NCBI GenBank assembly: GCA_964481345.1
Contig: CAYZTC010000004.1
Span: 5,731-69,730 of the forward strand
Direction: 5' to 3'
Source of the DNA: an uncultured Candidatus Saccharibacteria bacterium
Lineage (GTDB): Bacteria; Patescibacteriota; Dojkabacteria; SC72; JAFGCJ01
Length of the DNA stretch: 64,000 nucleotides
Positions within the stretch are counted from its first letter, which is position 1, and every line of letters starts with the position of its first letter. Under the pieces are notes generated by a model. The model worked only from the letters and a program-made list of their open reading frames with translations, was not told where the DNA came from and made no database searches. This document shows, piece after piece, positions 9,633 through 19,610 of the stretch. A program made the translations under genes and the position numbers.

Positions 9633-10703
9633 CTAAAGTTTGATTTCTTCTTTGATAAATTCATCTAGCTTTCCATCAAGTATTTCCTCAGGATGTTTTG
9701 ATTCGACCTTAGTTCTTAAATCTTTGACAAGCTTATACGGATGAAGTACGTAATTTCTTATCTGGTTACCCCATGCTGCTACTTTATGCTTACCTTTAAG
9801 CTGTTTTTTCTCTTTCTCCAGTTCTTTTTCTTTTATTGCCCACAGTTTTGCTTTCAAAAGACTCATTGCAGCCTCTCTGTTTTGAAATTGACTTCTTCTT
9901 GATGATGATTGAACTGTAATTCCTGTAGGAATGTGTGTAAGTGTTACTGCGGTGGAGGTTTTGTTTACGTGTTGACCTCCAGGCCCTCCTGCTCTTGTTG
10001 CCTTAAATTCAACATCTTTGTCGTTAATTTCAATGTCGTCCACATTAGCTGTTTTAATAATTGGTAATACTTCTACACCGGCAAAAGAGGTCTGTCTTAA
10101 ATTTTGTGCATTAAATGGAGATAACCGGACTAGCCTATGTGTACCAGCTTCATTTTTTAAGTACCCATATGCGTATTCTCCTTTTATTTCAATTGATACT
10201 GTACTTAGGCCTGCCTCCTCACATTTAACTTTATGTATTTCCTCTACTGTCCAATCTTGAGATTCAGCATATCTTGAATACATTCTTAGTAGTATTTGTG
10301 TCCAGTCGTTTGCTTCAGTTCCGCCTTGCCCAGAATGGATTGAAAGAATAGCTCCAGATTTATCATACTTACCTGAAAGAAATTGATTTAGCTCAAATTT
10401 TGCTAACTTATCATTTATTTTCTTATACTCACTTTGAACATCTTCGGTATCACTTTTTGTTGCAACTTTTGAGTATTCATTAAGATTTTCAATAGATTTT
10501 TCGAGTGATGAGATTTGACTAGCAAGTTCATTGATCTCATTGATTTTTTGCATAATATCTTTTGCTTTGTTTTGATTTTCCCAGAAGTTTTTCTCAAGTG
10601 ATTCTTTCTGAAGATTCTCTTTTTGTTCAATTTTTGAATCTAATTCAAGGACCTCTTTTATTGATGATATTCTTTTTTTGAGACCTTCTATTTGATCTTC
10701 CAT
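9633..10703 (-). CDS. prfB: Peptide chain release factor 2, uninterrupted ORF
   Basis: GQGGTEA, GTHRLVRLSPF (SPF), GGPGGQHVNK, WGNQIRNYVLHPY. Start 10703 preferred because the ATG at 10712 overlaps a -10 box. Confidence 0.96.
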   Translation of the reverse strand: MEDQIEGLKKRISSIKEVLELDSKIEQKENLQKESLEKNFWENQNKAKDIMQKINEINELASQISSLEKSIENLNEYSKVATKSDTEDVQSEYKKINDKLAKFELNQFLSGKYDKSGAILSIHSGQGGTEANDWTQILLRMYSRYAESQDWTVEEIHKVKCEEAGLSTVSIEIKGEYAYGYLKNEAGTHRLVRLSPFNAQNLRQTSFAGVEVLPIIKTANVDDIEINDKDVEFKATRAGGPGGQHVNKTSTAVTLTHIPTGITVQSSSRRSQFQNREAAMSLLKAKLWAIKEKELEKEKKQLKGKHKVAAWGNQIRNYVLHPYKLVKDLRTKVESKHPEEILDGKLDEFIKEEIKL

Positions 10704-10782
10704 GAAAAGCATTATCTCATATTTATTTTATATCGTCATTTTGTTTGGGGGCAATGATGGATAATGATATACTGTATCTTAG

Positions 10783-12405
10783 ATGGGAAATAAAAAAAGT
10801 ATGAGTAAACAACCAGTAGTTCTTTTGATTTTGGATGGAATAGGAGCAAGAAAGAGTAAAATTGGAAATGCAGTGCTTTTAGCAAATACTCCTGTCTTAG
10901 ATTCACTTTGGACACAGTGTCCGCATTGTCTTTTGGATGCATCCGAAAAGGCTGTAGGATTGCCTCCTGGCTATGCAGGGCACTCTGAGGTTGGGCACCT
11001 TAACCTTGGAAGTGGTCAGATAGTTTATCAGGTGCTCACTCAAATTGGTGAAGCAATAAGGACAAAACAATTTGGAAAGAATCCAGTACTTGTTGATTCT
11101 CTTAAAAATGCAAAAAGGAAAAAGAATAATGTTCATCTCCTTGGAATATTAAGCCCGGGGGGTGTACATGGTCATATAGACCATCTGTTTGAACTTATGA
11201 GGGTGTGTAAAACTCATAAGATTTCTCCCTATATTCATGTCATATTAGATGGAAGGGATGCAGGTCTTAAGGATGGATATTTATATCTTAATATGCTTAA
11301 GGCTAAAATATCTGAGTTTGGTATTGGAACTATTGCCTCGATTAGTGGTAGAGCTTATGCGATGGATAGAAATAAGCATTGGGATAGAACTGGAAAGACA
11401 TATGATGCAATGCTTGGAATAGGAGAAAGAAAATCAAGTGATGTGATGGACGTACTTCAAAACGCGTATAAATCTGGTGAGAATGATCAGACATTTAAGC
11501 CTACTACCCTTGTTAACGGTGATGGAAATCCTATGGGACCGGTAAAAGATGGTGATTCAGTAATCTTCTATAATTTCAGGGAGGACAGATCAAGACAGCT
11601 TACAAAGGCATTTGTGCTAAAGGACTGCAATGGTTTTGAAAGAAAGGTGATGTTGAAAGATATTAATTTTGTTACAATGACCGGTTATGAAGAGGGCCTT
11701 CCTGTAAAAATTTTGTACGAACCTTTTAGGCCGGAAAATACAGTTGCTGATGTGATAAGTAATGCTGGCATGAGGCAATTCCATATTTCAGAAACAGAAA
11801 AGTATGCTCACGTTACTTATTTTTTTAACGGTGGGAGAGAGAAGCCTCATGATGGTGAGGAGTTTTACCTTGTTCCTTCCCCTAATGTGTTTGATTATTC
11901 TACTACTCCTGCAATGAGTATTAAGGAGGTTACTGAAGGGTTGATAAAGCGGATAAAAACCCAAAAGGATGATTTTATTCTCATCAATTATGCAAATCCT
12001 GACATGCTTGGTCATACTGGAGACATTGATGCAACAGTAAAATCACTCGAAATAGTGGACAGCTATACGAAGAAATTGATAGATGCAATATTAAAAGTAA
12101 AGGGTGATTTCATGATAGTTTCTGATCATGGAAATTGCGATAAGATGATTGAAGAAGTAACTGGAGAGCCGGATACAAAGCATACCATGAGTCCGGTACC
12201 GTTCATGATTGGTAAGGATCTTGATTCTTTTAAGGTTCTTGATAATCCTGAGAAACTTTGTACTGGTGATGGTGCTGTGGTTAGGGGGATACTTGCCGAT
12301 GTAGGAGTGACTGTACTTAAGATGTTGAATCTTGAATCTACTGAGGATATGACTGGAATTGATCTTGCACCGATGATAAAAAATGGGACTTTAAATAAAG
12401 AGTAA
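10783..12405 (+). CDS. gpmI: 2,3-bisphosphoglycerate-independent phosphoglycerate mutase
   Basis: LILDG, GHSEVGH, GGVHGH, DGRD, GRAYAMDR, NFREDR, ETEKYAHVTYFFNGG, NPDMLGHTG and SDHGN. Confidence 0.96.
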   Translation: MGNKKSMSKQPVVLLILDGIGARKSKIGNAVLLANTPVLDSLWTQCPHCLLDASEKAVGLPPGYAGHSEVGHLNLGSGQIVYQVLTQIGEAIRTKQFGKNPVLVDSLKNAKRKKNNVHLLGILSPGGVHGHIDHLFELMRVCKTHKISPYIHVILDGRDAGLKDGYLYLNMLKAKISEFGIGTIASISGRAYAMDRNKHWDRTGKTYDAMLGIGERKSSDVMDVLQNAYKSGENDQTFKPTTLVNGDGNPMGPVKDGDSVIFYNFREDRSRQLTKAFVLKDCNGFERKVMLKDINFVTMTGYEEGLPVKILYEPFRPENTVADVISNAGMRQFHISETEKYAHVTYFFNGGREKPHDGEEFYLVPSPNVFDYSTTPAMSIKEVTEGLIKRIKTQKDDFILINYANPDMLGHTGDIDATVKSLEIVDSYTKKLIDAILKVKGDFMIVSDHGNCDKMIEEVTGEPDTKHTMSPVPFMIGKDLDSFKVLDNPEKLCTGDGAVVRGILADVGVTVLKMLNLESTEDMTGIDLAPMIKNGTLNKE

Positions 12406-13146
12406 TACAATTATTCCAAGTACTATTCTATATACTCCACAGGCTGTAAGGATCTTCTTGTTTATATAGTTTCTAAACATTGTTATTACAACAAAGCCTA
12501 CGGTTGCAGATATCAGTGTTGCAATTATTACACAAAAAGTGGAAACTGATGCAGATAAGCCTTCCACAATGCTTAAGACTGCCGCTCCTGGAATGAGAAT
12601 AAGTCCAGAAAGAAATGCAAACTCTAGAGCTGTTTGAGGCTCTATTCCAGATAGTATTCCTGCAATAACAGTAATTCCTGCCCTTGAAGTGCCTGGAATA
12701 AATGCAATTACTTGACTGACCCCAACGATAAGAGATTGAAGTGGTGTAACTTCACAGATTTTCTTTGTTTTGAAGTTTACACTTTTAGATATTTGATCTA
12801 CCAATATCAATACTATTCCCCAGAAAATAAGTGAAATTCCAATGATCCATGTTTGTGAAAGATTTTCGTCGATCCAGTCCTTAAATATGTATCCAATAAT
12901 CAATCCTGGAATTGTTGCAATTATTATGTTTGATATGGTTCGATAGGTCTTAATTTCTTTTATTTTGTCCCACATTCCAATAACTATTGCGATAAAAGTG
13001 CCAATATGAAGGACTGCAATTTCTAGATGAAGACCAGTTAAATGTGAAAATATTAATAGGTGAGCACTACTTGATACTGGAAAAAGCTCTGAGACTCCTT
13101 GAATTGTCCCAGATACTATCGAGTTGAAAAAGTCTATCGCTACCAT
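12391..13146 (-). CDS. uppP: Undecaprenyl-diphosphatase BacA/UppP
   Basis: QGVSELFPVSSSAHL, HIGT, PGTSRAGIT and YRIVLG; overlaps gpmI convergently by 15 bp. Confidence 0.93.
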   Translation of the reverse strand: MVAIDFFNSIVSGTIQGVSELFPVSSSAHLLIFSHLTGLHLEIAVLHIGTFIAIVIGMWDKIKEIKTYRTISNIIIATIPGLIIGYIFKDWIDENLSQTWIIGISLIFWGIVLILVDQISKSVNFKTKKICEVTPLQSLIVGVSQVIAFIPGTSRAGITVIAGILSGIEPQTALEFAFLSGLILIPGAAVLSIVEGLSASVSTFCVIIATLISATVGFVVITMFRNYINKKILTACGVYRIVLGIIVLLFI

Positions 13147-13286
13147 TTGTTTTGTTAAAAATTCAAAATAATATCTCAGTACATCATGCCGATATTGAAT
13201 AATCCTGTCAAATGAAAGAATCCTAAGATAATTTGAACAGGATTGTTTGTACTGTCGAAATTACTGTTCCTGATTTTGTATAAAGC

Positions 13287-13316
13287 TTGACGTTATAGGG
13301 AGATTAACAATACAAT
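13287..13316 (+). promoter_or_regulatory. Sigma70-type promoter, probably giving a leaderless transcript
   Basis: TTGACG (13287-92), 18-bp spacer, TACAAT (13311-16); ATG 8 nt downstream at 13325 with no SD. Confidence 0.65.
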
Positions 13317-13324
13317 GAAAGTTA

Positions 13325-14026
13325 ATGAGGCATGCTAAGAGATTAATAAAGCATCTTTTATTGATAGTACTGTTATCATTATTAGGAGTAAGAAATACGG
13401 CCTTTGCTGTTGCTGCCACGATGTATTTAAGTCCTGCTACTGGAAGTCACGACTCAGGTGAAGAATTTACGGTAGATATAATGATAGATACGGGAGGGGT
13501 GGATGTTCAGACTGCCAGGGCTTCACTTTCTTATGATCCAGATATTATCCAAGTTATAGCTGTGTCTCACAGTAATATTTTTTGTCAGTTTCCTGATTCA
13601 GGTTATGAAGTAGATAATACAAATGGCCAAATGATACTGACTGGTTTTTGCCAGGATGAACACTACGGCACTGTGGGAGATGCAGATATTTTGGGAAGGA
13701 TTACTTTTAAAGGAATGTCAGGTGGTAGTGTTGAGGTTTCGTTCAATTTTGATGGTACAGATGATGACGAGATGACGTACATGAAGACTCCAGGAAGTCC
13801 ACCTCAAACACTAGATATGACAACTCCTACTGATGGTACATATACAATATCTGGAGCTGCTGTTCAGGATGATGACCTTCCGGAGACAGGATTGTGGGAA
13901 AATGCTAGTGTGACTTTTGGAGTGTCTCTTGTTTTGCTTTCGATATTTGTTCTTATTGCAGATGCTTTCCTGCCCCTAGTGATGAAATGGTTAAACCAGA
14001 GAGGTCAAAGAACTATTGTTGTTTAG
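13325..14026 (+). CDS. Cohesin-like domain surface protein with LPETG sorting signal
   Basis: Signal peptide, MYLSPATG..GEEFTVDIMIDTGG..LSYDP..LGRITFK, then LPETG + hydrophobic stretch + basic tail. Confidence 0.8.
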   Translation: MRHAKRLIKHLLLIVLLSLLGVRNTAFAVAATMYLSPATGSHDSGEEFTVDIMIDTGGVDVQTARASLSYDPDIIQVIAVSHSNIFCQFPDSGYEVDNTNGQMILTGFCQDEHYGTVGDADILGRITFKGMSGGSVEVSFNFDGTDDDEMTYMKTPGSPPQTLDMTTPTDGTYTISGAAVQDDDLPETGLWENASVTFGVSLVLLSIFVLIADAFLPLVMKWLNQRGQRTIVV

Positions 14027-14039
14027 TATAAATACTCTT

Positions 14040-15227
14040 ATGGGGAAATTATCAAAACTTAAAGTTGCTATCGTACATGACTGGGTAGTAGTGAAAAAAG
14101 GGGCTGAAAAGTGCCTTGAATCATTTTGTGAAATATTTCCAAACTCAGAAGTATATACATTATTATATAAGAAGGGAGTATCGACAATTGTAGACGGGAG
14201 AAAAATTCATCACTCTTTTCTTCAAAGGTTTCCTGGATGGAAAGGATACTATAGATATCTTTATCCACTTATGCCTATTGCTATTGAAAGTTTCAATTTT
14301 GACAAATATGACTTGGTGATATCATCAAGTCATTCTGTTGCTAAGGGGATAATTACAAGTCCACACACCTGTCATATTTCATATATTCATAGCCCAATGA
14401 GATATGCATGGGATATGTATGAAGATTATTTTGGAAAGGAAAGTGGAATGTCTTTATTCAAAAGGATGCTGATACTTCCTCAAGTACACTTGTTAAGACT
14501 TTGGGATCAGTCATCAGCTTCAAGACCGGATTACCTGATTGCTAATTCAAAACTTGTGTCACAAAGAATTTTGAAACACTGGAATAGGAAGTCTGAAGTT
14601 GTAAATCCACCCGTCGATGTCACAAGGTTTAAAATTGGTGAAAGAAAGAAGGAGTACTTTTTGATGGTGACTAGTTTTGAACCGAATAAAAAGGTCGATC
14701 TTGCAGTAAAAGCTTTTACTGAACTTGGATATCCCTTAAAGATTGTGGGATCTACGGGGAGATTGATGAATAAGATTAAAAAGATGTCTGGACTAAATGT
14801 TGAGTTTTTGGGTAGGGTAAGTGATGATGAAATAGTAAGGCTTTATTCTGAAGCAAAAGCTTTTGTTTTGCCTGGTAAGGATGATTTCGGGATATCCCCT
14901 CTTGAGGCTATTGCATCTGGTACTCCAGTAATTGCATATGGTAAGGGAGGATCACTTGAGACAGTTGTCCCAATAAATCCAGAGAGTGAGGATTGCATAA
15001 GGTTTGGCGCAAAGAATGGTGTTTTCTTTTATGAGCAAGAAGTTACCTCTTTAAAAAAGGCAATCAGGAGTTTTCTTGAGTATAATCTGAATCAGGGATG
15101 GGATCAGGTGCGAATGAGGAAGTGGACAAAAAGATTCACAACGAGTAATTATAAAATGATGATAAAAAGATTAATTACAAAGAAATATGAGGAGTTTCAG
15201 AATCAGTTTGAATCTATAGAGAAATGA
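14040..15227 (+). CDS. Glycosyltransferase family 4 (WbaZ-like)
   Basis: KVAIVHDW..GAEK, YIHSPMRYAWD, DDFGISPLEAIASGTPVIAY. Confidence 0.92.
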   Translation: MGKLSKLKVAIVHDWVVVKKGAEKCLESFCEIFPNSEVYTLLYKKGVSTIVDGRKIHHSFLQRFPGWKGYYRYLYPLMPIAIESFNFDKYDLVISSSHSVAKGIITSPHTCHISYIHSPMRYAWDMYEDYFGKESGMSLFKRMLILPQVHLLRLWDQSSASRPDYLIANSKLVSQRILKHWNRKSEVVNPPVDVTRFKIGERKKEYFLMVTSFEPNKKVDLAVKAFTELGYPLKIVGSTGRLMNKIKKMSGLNVEFLGRVSDDEIVRLYSEAKAFVLPGKDDFGISPLEAIASGTPVIAYGKGGSLETVVPINPESEDCIRFGAKNGVFFYEQEVTSLKKAIRSFLEYNLNQGWDQVRMRKWTKRFTTSNYKMMIKRLITKKYEEFQNQFESIEK

Positions 15228-16492
15228 GCCAAAAGAAGGTATTAAACATCATTCAGCGATATCATCCAGCAAGAGGTGGTGCAGAACTTTTTATGAAAAT
15301 AGTGTCAGAGTATCAAGAAAATAAACTAGGCTATGATGTTGATGTTTGGACGACGGATGCATTTGGGATAGATACACTCTGGGATCTTGATGATGATTTG
15401 ATTGATAAGAAAAAAGAAAAAATCAATGGAGTGAACGTCAGAAGGTTTTCCGTCGGTAAATGGGTACTAAAAAATAAGTATCTCAATAAGATATTTAGGG
15501 TGTTGTTTGGTCGTTTTCCAAATTTTCACCTATCGAATATGGCTACCTGTCCTACAACATTTGGAATGTTAGATGTTGTTAATTCTGATAACCTTGCTGA
15601 TTATAGCTGTGTGACCGTATCTTCAACTCCATACTTTTTTCTTTTTTATGTTGGGTACTTGATCTCGAAAAAAATGAACATTCCTTATGTGATAGCACCT
15701 GCTATTCATACAGGGGTGGAAAGTGATGACTTGATAAGAAAGAAATATTTTAGGAGGTTATCGATACCGTTCTATCAGCACGCCAGTAAAATAATTCTAA
15801 ATACTGAAGTAGAAGGTAAAGCTATATCCAATTTTTGCAAACAAAGTGGAGTGGAAATAGACCAAAATAAATTCGTGGTTATTGGGCAGGGTGTATTTTT
15901 GGAAAAGATTAAGAGTGGTGATGGAAAAAGATTTAGGAAGAAGTATGGATTAAAGTACCCTATTGTATTTCAGATGGGGTCTAGAAATTATGATAAAGGT
16001 AGCTATAATCTGATTGATGCAATGAAAATCTGTTGGGATAAGGGAATAAAGAGTCACCTGGTATTTGCTGGTGTACACACAGAAGATTTCTCAGATTACC
16101 TAGGTAGACTGGATCAAAAATATAGAAAATGGATAATAAACATTGACAATATTTCAGAGTCTGAAAAATGGGATATGTTTGATGCGGGCGTTATTTTTTC
16201 AATGGTGTCTAAGACTGATTCTTTTGGAATTGTATATCTTGAGGCGTGGGCTTATAGAAATCCGGTACTTGCGTGTAATAATGAGGCCATAAAACAAGTT
16301 GTAAATAATGGGGAAGACGGATATCTTCTAGATTTTGATGATGTTGAAGGTATATCAAAAAAGATAGAATATCTTTTAAAAAATGAAAATATAAGAAAGA
16401 AAATGGGACGAATGGGAAGAAAAAAGGTTGAGGAGAAATATTGCTGGGAGAAGAATGTTAAGAAGATTAGGGATGTATATAAAAATTTATAG
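15224..16492 (+). CDS. Glycosyltransferase family 4
   Basis: YHPARGGAE and DSFGIVYLEAWAYRNPV (EX7E-type motif). Confidence 0.9.
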   Translation: MSQKKVLNIIQRYHPARGGAELFMKIVSEYQENKLGYDVDVWTTDAFGIDTLWDLDDDLIDKKKEKINGVNVRRFSVGKWVLKNKYLNKIFRVLFGRFPNFHLSNMATCPTTFGMLDVVNSDNLADYSCVTVSSTPYFFLFYVGYLISKKMNIPYVIAPAIHTGVESDDLIRKKYFRRLSIPFYQHASKIILNTEVEGKAISNFCKQSGVEIDQNKFVVIGQGVFLEKIKSGDGKRFRKKYGLKYPIVFQMGSRNYDKGSYNLIDAMKICWDKGIKSHLVFAGVHTEDFSDYLGRLDQKYRKWIINIDNISESEKWDMFDAGVIFSMVSKTDSFGIVYLEAWAYRNPVLACNNEAIKQVVNNGEDGYLLDFDDVEGISKKIEYLLKNENIRKKMGRMGRKKVEEKYCWEKNVKKIRDVYKNL

Positions 16493-16560
16493 GTTTGAAG
16501 AGATTTAATTTTTCATATAAAATGGTTCGCTATAATTTTAGTTTACGTAGCTAGAGTTAC

Positions 16561-17805
16561 ATGAAGAAGAAGCAGAATGCAGGAGTAGTAGGATATGGCC
16601 ATATTCCGAACAAAAATTTGAAAAAGTTGAAGGAGGAAATGGACAGTTATGCTCTATTGTCGGTTGATGATCTAAGTGAGGAAGAAATAGAAAAACAAAT
16701 CAAGGAGAAAGAAGTACTAGGCTTTGAGAGCTATAAGGACATGATTAAGCAGACAGGTGGTAAGATGAACTTTCTTCTTGTGAGAAAAAGAAAGGTAGGG
16801 ATAATAGGAGGTGGGCATATAATGGAAAGACATTTGGAATCTATTAAAGCTAATTCTGATTTTTACGATCTTGTTGCATTATGCGACATTGACAAGAAGG
16901 TATTGGAGGAGGTAGCCAGAGAGAATGATGTGCCAGGGTTTGTAGATTATAAGAGAATGCTTAAAGAGATGAGGGGTAAGATGAATTTTATTGTAATTGC
17001 TACTCCAACTCATCTTCATTACGAAGTGGCAATGAATGCCTTAAAGTTAGGTTACGACATCTTAATAGAAAAACCAATTGCTTTTGAAGTATCTAAAGTT
17101 AAGAAAATTCAGGATGTTGCAAATAAGCTTGGAAGAGAGGCATACTGTGTCTTGCAGGTGAGATATAATCCAACTGTAAAAATGATGAGAGAAGCTTTGA
17201 AAGAGGGAATTCTCGGGGATGTTAGAAGTGTAAGCTTTGTTCAAAGATGGCAAAGACCTATTGGATTTTTCAAGGGTTGGAGAGGAAAAATAGAAGAGGG
17301 TGGAAAGACTTTGAATGAATATGCAATTCACTATTTGGATGTAGTCCAAATAATGTTTGGGGTTCCGAAGGTGAAATCGACTTTTACCTACAATCATAAG
17401 CATATGAATATCCCATTTGAAGATACGTTGTATTCTCTGGTTGAATATAAAGGTGGAATTTCGGGATCTATAGAGGTGAATATTGCAGTTGAACCTTCAA
17501 ACTTAGAATGCTCTATTGCAATTATGGGGTCTAAAGGTTTTCTGAAGATAAGTGGAAATGCATTGGATCAGGTAGAAAGAGCATCTTTTGAAACGAAGAG
17601 ACTGCAGAATAAATGGGATAAAATTGAGAAATCTGTAAGAAAGTCTATCAATCCAAAGTCACGTGGTACTTATGTAGGAGCTTGTCCAAACCATCCTATT
17701 TTGTATGAGGAAATAGCGAAAGGAAATGGATTTAAAGTGTCAGAGGCGATACCATCAATTAAGTTTATTGAAAATCTTTATGCCAAAGAGGATAAAAAAC
17801 ATTAA
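16561..17805 (+). CDS. Gfo/Idh/MocA oxidoreductase, WbpB/WlbA-like UDP-GlcNAcA 3-dehydrogenase, with duplicated N-terminus
   Basis: VGIIGGGHI, IATPTHLH, EKP, VLQVRYNP, WQRP, IHYLD; adjacent to WbpD- and WbpE-like genes. Confidence 0.85.
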   Translation: MKKKQNAGVVGYGHIPNKNLKKLKEEMDSYALLSVDDLSEEEIEKQIKEKEVLGFESYKDMIKQTGGKMNFLLVRKRKVGIIGGGHIMERHLESIKANSDFYDLVALCDIDKKVLEEVARENDVPGFVDYKRMLKEMRGKMNFIVIATPTHLHYEVAMNALKLGYDILIEKPIAFEVSKVKKIQDVANKLGREAYCVLQVRYNPTVKMMREALKEGILGDVRSVSFVQRWQRPIGFFKGWRGKIEEGGKTLNEYAIHYLDVVQIMFGVPKVKSTFTYNHKHMNIPFEDTLYSLVEYKGGISGSIEVNIAVEPSNLECSIAIMGSKGFLKISGNALDQVERASFETKRLQNKWDKIEKSVRKSINPKSRGTYVGACPNHPILYEEIAKGNGFKVSEAIPSIKFIENLYAKEDKKH

Positions 17806-18481
17806 AGGTGGATTTAATATAAAAGAATATAAAGTTTTTCCTGGAAACATTAGAATTCATCCAAACGTTGAGGATCAGGCGAAATGTCTCACAGATAAGG
17901 GTTTAATTGGGGAAGGGACGATAATTCATGATTGTAAAATATTAGGTCCGGTTAACATCGGAAAAAACTGTATTGTTGGAAATGGTACAATTTTGGAGAA
18001 AGGGGTTATTTTGGGAGATGGTACAAAGGTATGGCACTTTAGCCAGATTAGAAATGGAGCAACGATAGGAAAGGACTGTGTAATTTCGGGTTGGGTTTTT
18101 ATTGATGCTGGTGTAGAAATTGGAAATGAATGTAAAATACAAAATCTTGTTTCAGTGTATCATGGTGTAACTCTTGGAGATGGTGTGTTTATGGGACCGA
18201 ATTGCCGAACGACAAATGATGTCTGGCCAAGGGCTAGAATGCCAGGTGGAGGACTTCGTGGAGAGGATGATTGGGAGCTTGGAACAATTACAATTGAAGA
18301 CGATGCTTCGATTGGGGCGGGAGCAACTCTTGTTGCAAATAATATTACTATTGGTAGAGCAGCAATGGTTGGCTCAGGTGCTGTGGTTACCAGGGATGTT
18401 AAGCCTTATACAATTGTTGTCGGAGTTCCAGCGAAAAGTATTGGAGAGGTAAAAGATAGGAAAGAATATGAATCTAAATAA
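17780..18481 (+). CDS. Hexapeptide-repeat N-acetyltransferase, WbpD/WlbB-like
   Basis: GTKVWHFSQIR..IGNECKIQNLVSVYHGVTLGDGVFMGP..TTND.WPR and ASIGAGAT; start 17780 preferred. Confidence 0.9.
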   Translation: MPKRIKNIKGGFNIKEYKVFPGNIRIHPNVEDQAKCLTDKGLIGEGTIIHDCKILGPVNIGKNCIVGNGTILEKGVILGDGTKVWHFSQIRNGATIGKDCVISGWVFIDAGVEIGNECKIQNLVSVYHGVTLGDGVFMGPNCRTTNDVWPRARMPGGGLRGEDDWELGTITIEDDASIGAGATLVANNITIGRAAMVGSGAVVTRDVKPYTIVVGVPAKSIGEVKDRKEYESK

Positions 18482-18498
18482 ATTATAAATCTGCTCTT

Positions 18499-19605
18499 AT
18501 GATTCCAATTTCAAAGCCATTGATCGAAAAAGAAGAAATAGATGCTGTTGTCGAGGTTCTAAAATCTGGGATGCTTGCTCAAGGCCCTAAAGTTCAGGAG
18601 CTTGAGAGTATGTTTTCAAAATTGTGTGGGTCAAAGCATGCAATTGCTTTTTCAAATGGAACTACAGCTATCCATTCTGCTGTAATTGCTCTAGGAATAA
18701 AAGATGATGATGAGGTAATTACAGTACCTTTTACTTTTGTAGCTAGTGCAAATCCGATTTTGATGGAAAGAGGTAAGGTCGTGTTTGTCGATGTATCTGA
18801 GGATGACTTCTGCATAGATCCAGAAAAGATTGAAGAGAAGATAACGAACAAGACAAAAGCTATAATTCCGGTGGATCTTTTTGGACAAGTTTACAAGTAT
18901 AAACAGGTAAAAGAAATTGCAGACAAGCATAATTTAAAAATATTAGAAGATGCTTGTCAGGCAGTAGGAGCTGAGCAGGACGGGGTAAAAGCAGGTAACT
19001 TTGGTGATGTTGCGGCATTCTCGTTCTATGCAACAAAAAACATTGCTACAGGTGAAGGTGGAATGTTGATAACAAATGATGACAAAATAGCTCGAAAAGT
19101 AAAAATTTACAGGCATCATGGACAATATGAAGCAGTAAGATATGAATACTTAGAGCTTGGGCACAACTATAGAATGACAGATATTGCTGCAGCTCTCGGT
19201 GTCGAGCAGATGAAAAAGATAGACAGAATAACGAAAGCAAGAACTAGGAATGCTGGCCTTCTCACAGAAGGACTCTCAAGTGTAAAAGGGATAATGACTC
19301 CAAAGATAATGGACGGAAACACTCATGTGTTTCATCAGTACACTATTAGGGTGACGGAGGAATATGGCCACACTAGAGATGAACTCCTAGAGCATCTTAA
19401 GAAAGATGAAATAGGATCAGGAATTTACTATCCGAAACCACTACACCTTCATACTCATTTTATGAAAATGGGATACAAAGAAGGAGATTTTCCTGTGTCT
19501 GAGATGCTTTCAAAACAGGTACTATCGTTGCCTGTTAATCCGTTTGTGACCAAGAAGGATATCGAAAAGATTATAGACAAGATAGCATCCTTCTCTAAGA
19601 AATAA
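18499..19605 (+). CDS. DegT/DnrJ/EryC1/StrS aminotransferase, WbpE/WlbC-like
   Basis: NGTTA, EDACQA, FSFYATKNIATGEGGM, NYRMTDIAAA. Confidence 0.93.
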   Translation: MIPISKPLIEKEEIDAVVEVLKSGMLAQGPKVQELESMFSKLCGSKHAIAFSNGTTAIHSAVIALGIKDDDEVITVPFTFVASANPILMERGKVVFVDVSEDDFCIDPEKIEEKITNKTKAIIPVDLFGQVYKYKQVKEIADKHNLKILEDACQAVGAEQDGVKAGNFGDVAAFSFYATKNIATGEGGMLITNDDKIARKVKIYRHHGQYEAVRYEYLELGHNYRMTDIAAALGVEQMKKIDRITKARTRNAGLLTEGLSSVKGIMTPKIMDGNTHVFHQYTIRVTEEYGHTRDELLEHLKKDEIGSGIYYPKPLHLHTHFMKMGYKEGDFPVSEMLSKQVLSLPVNPFVTKKDIEKIIDKIASFSKK

Positions 19606-19610
19606 AAAAT

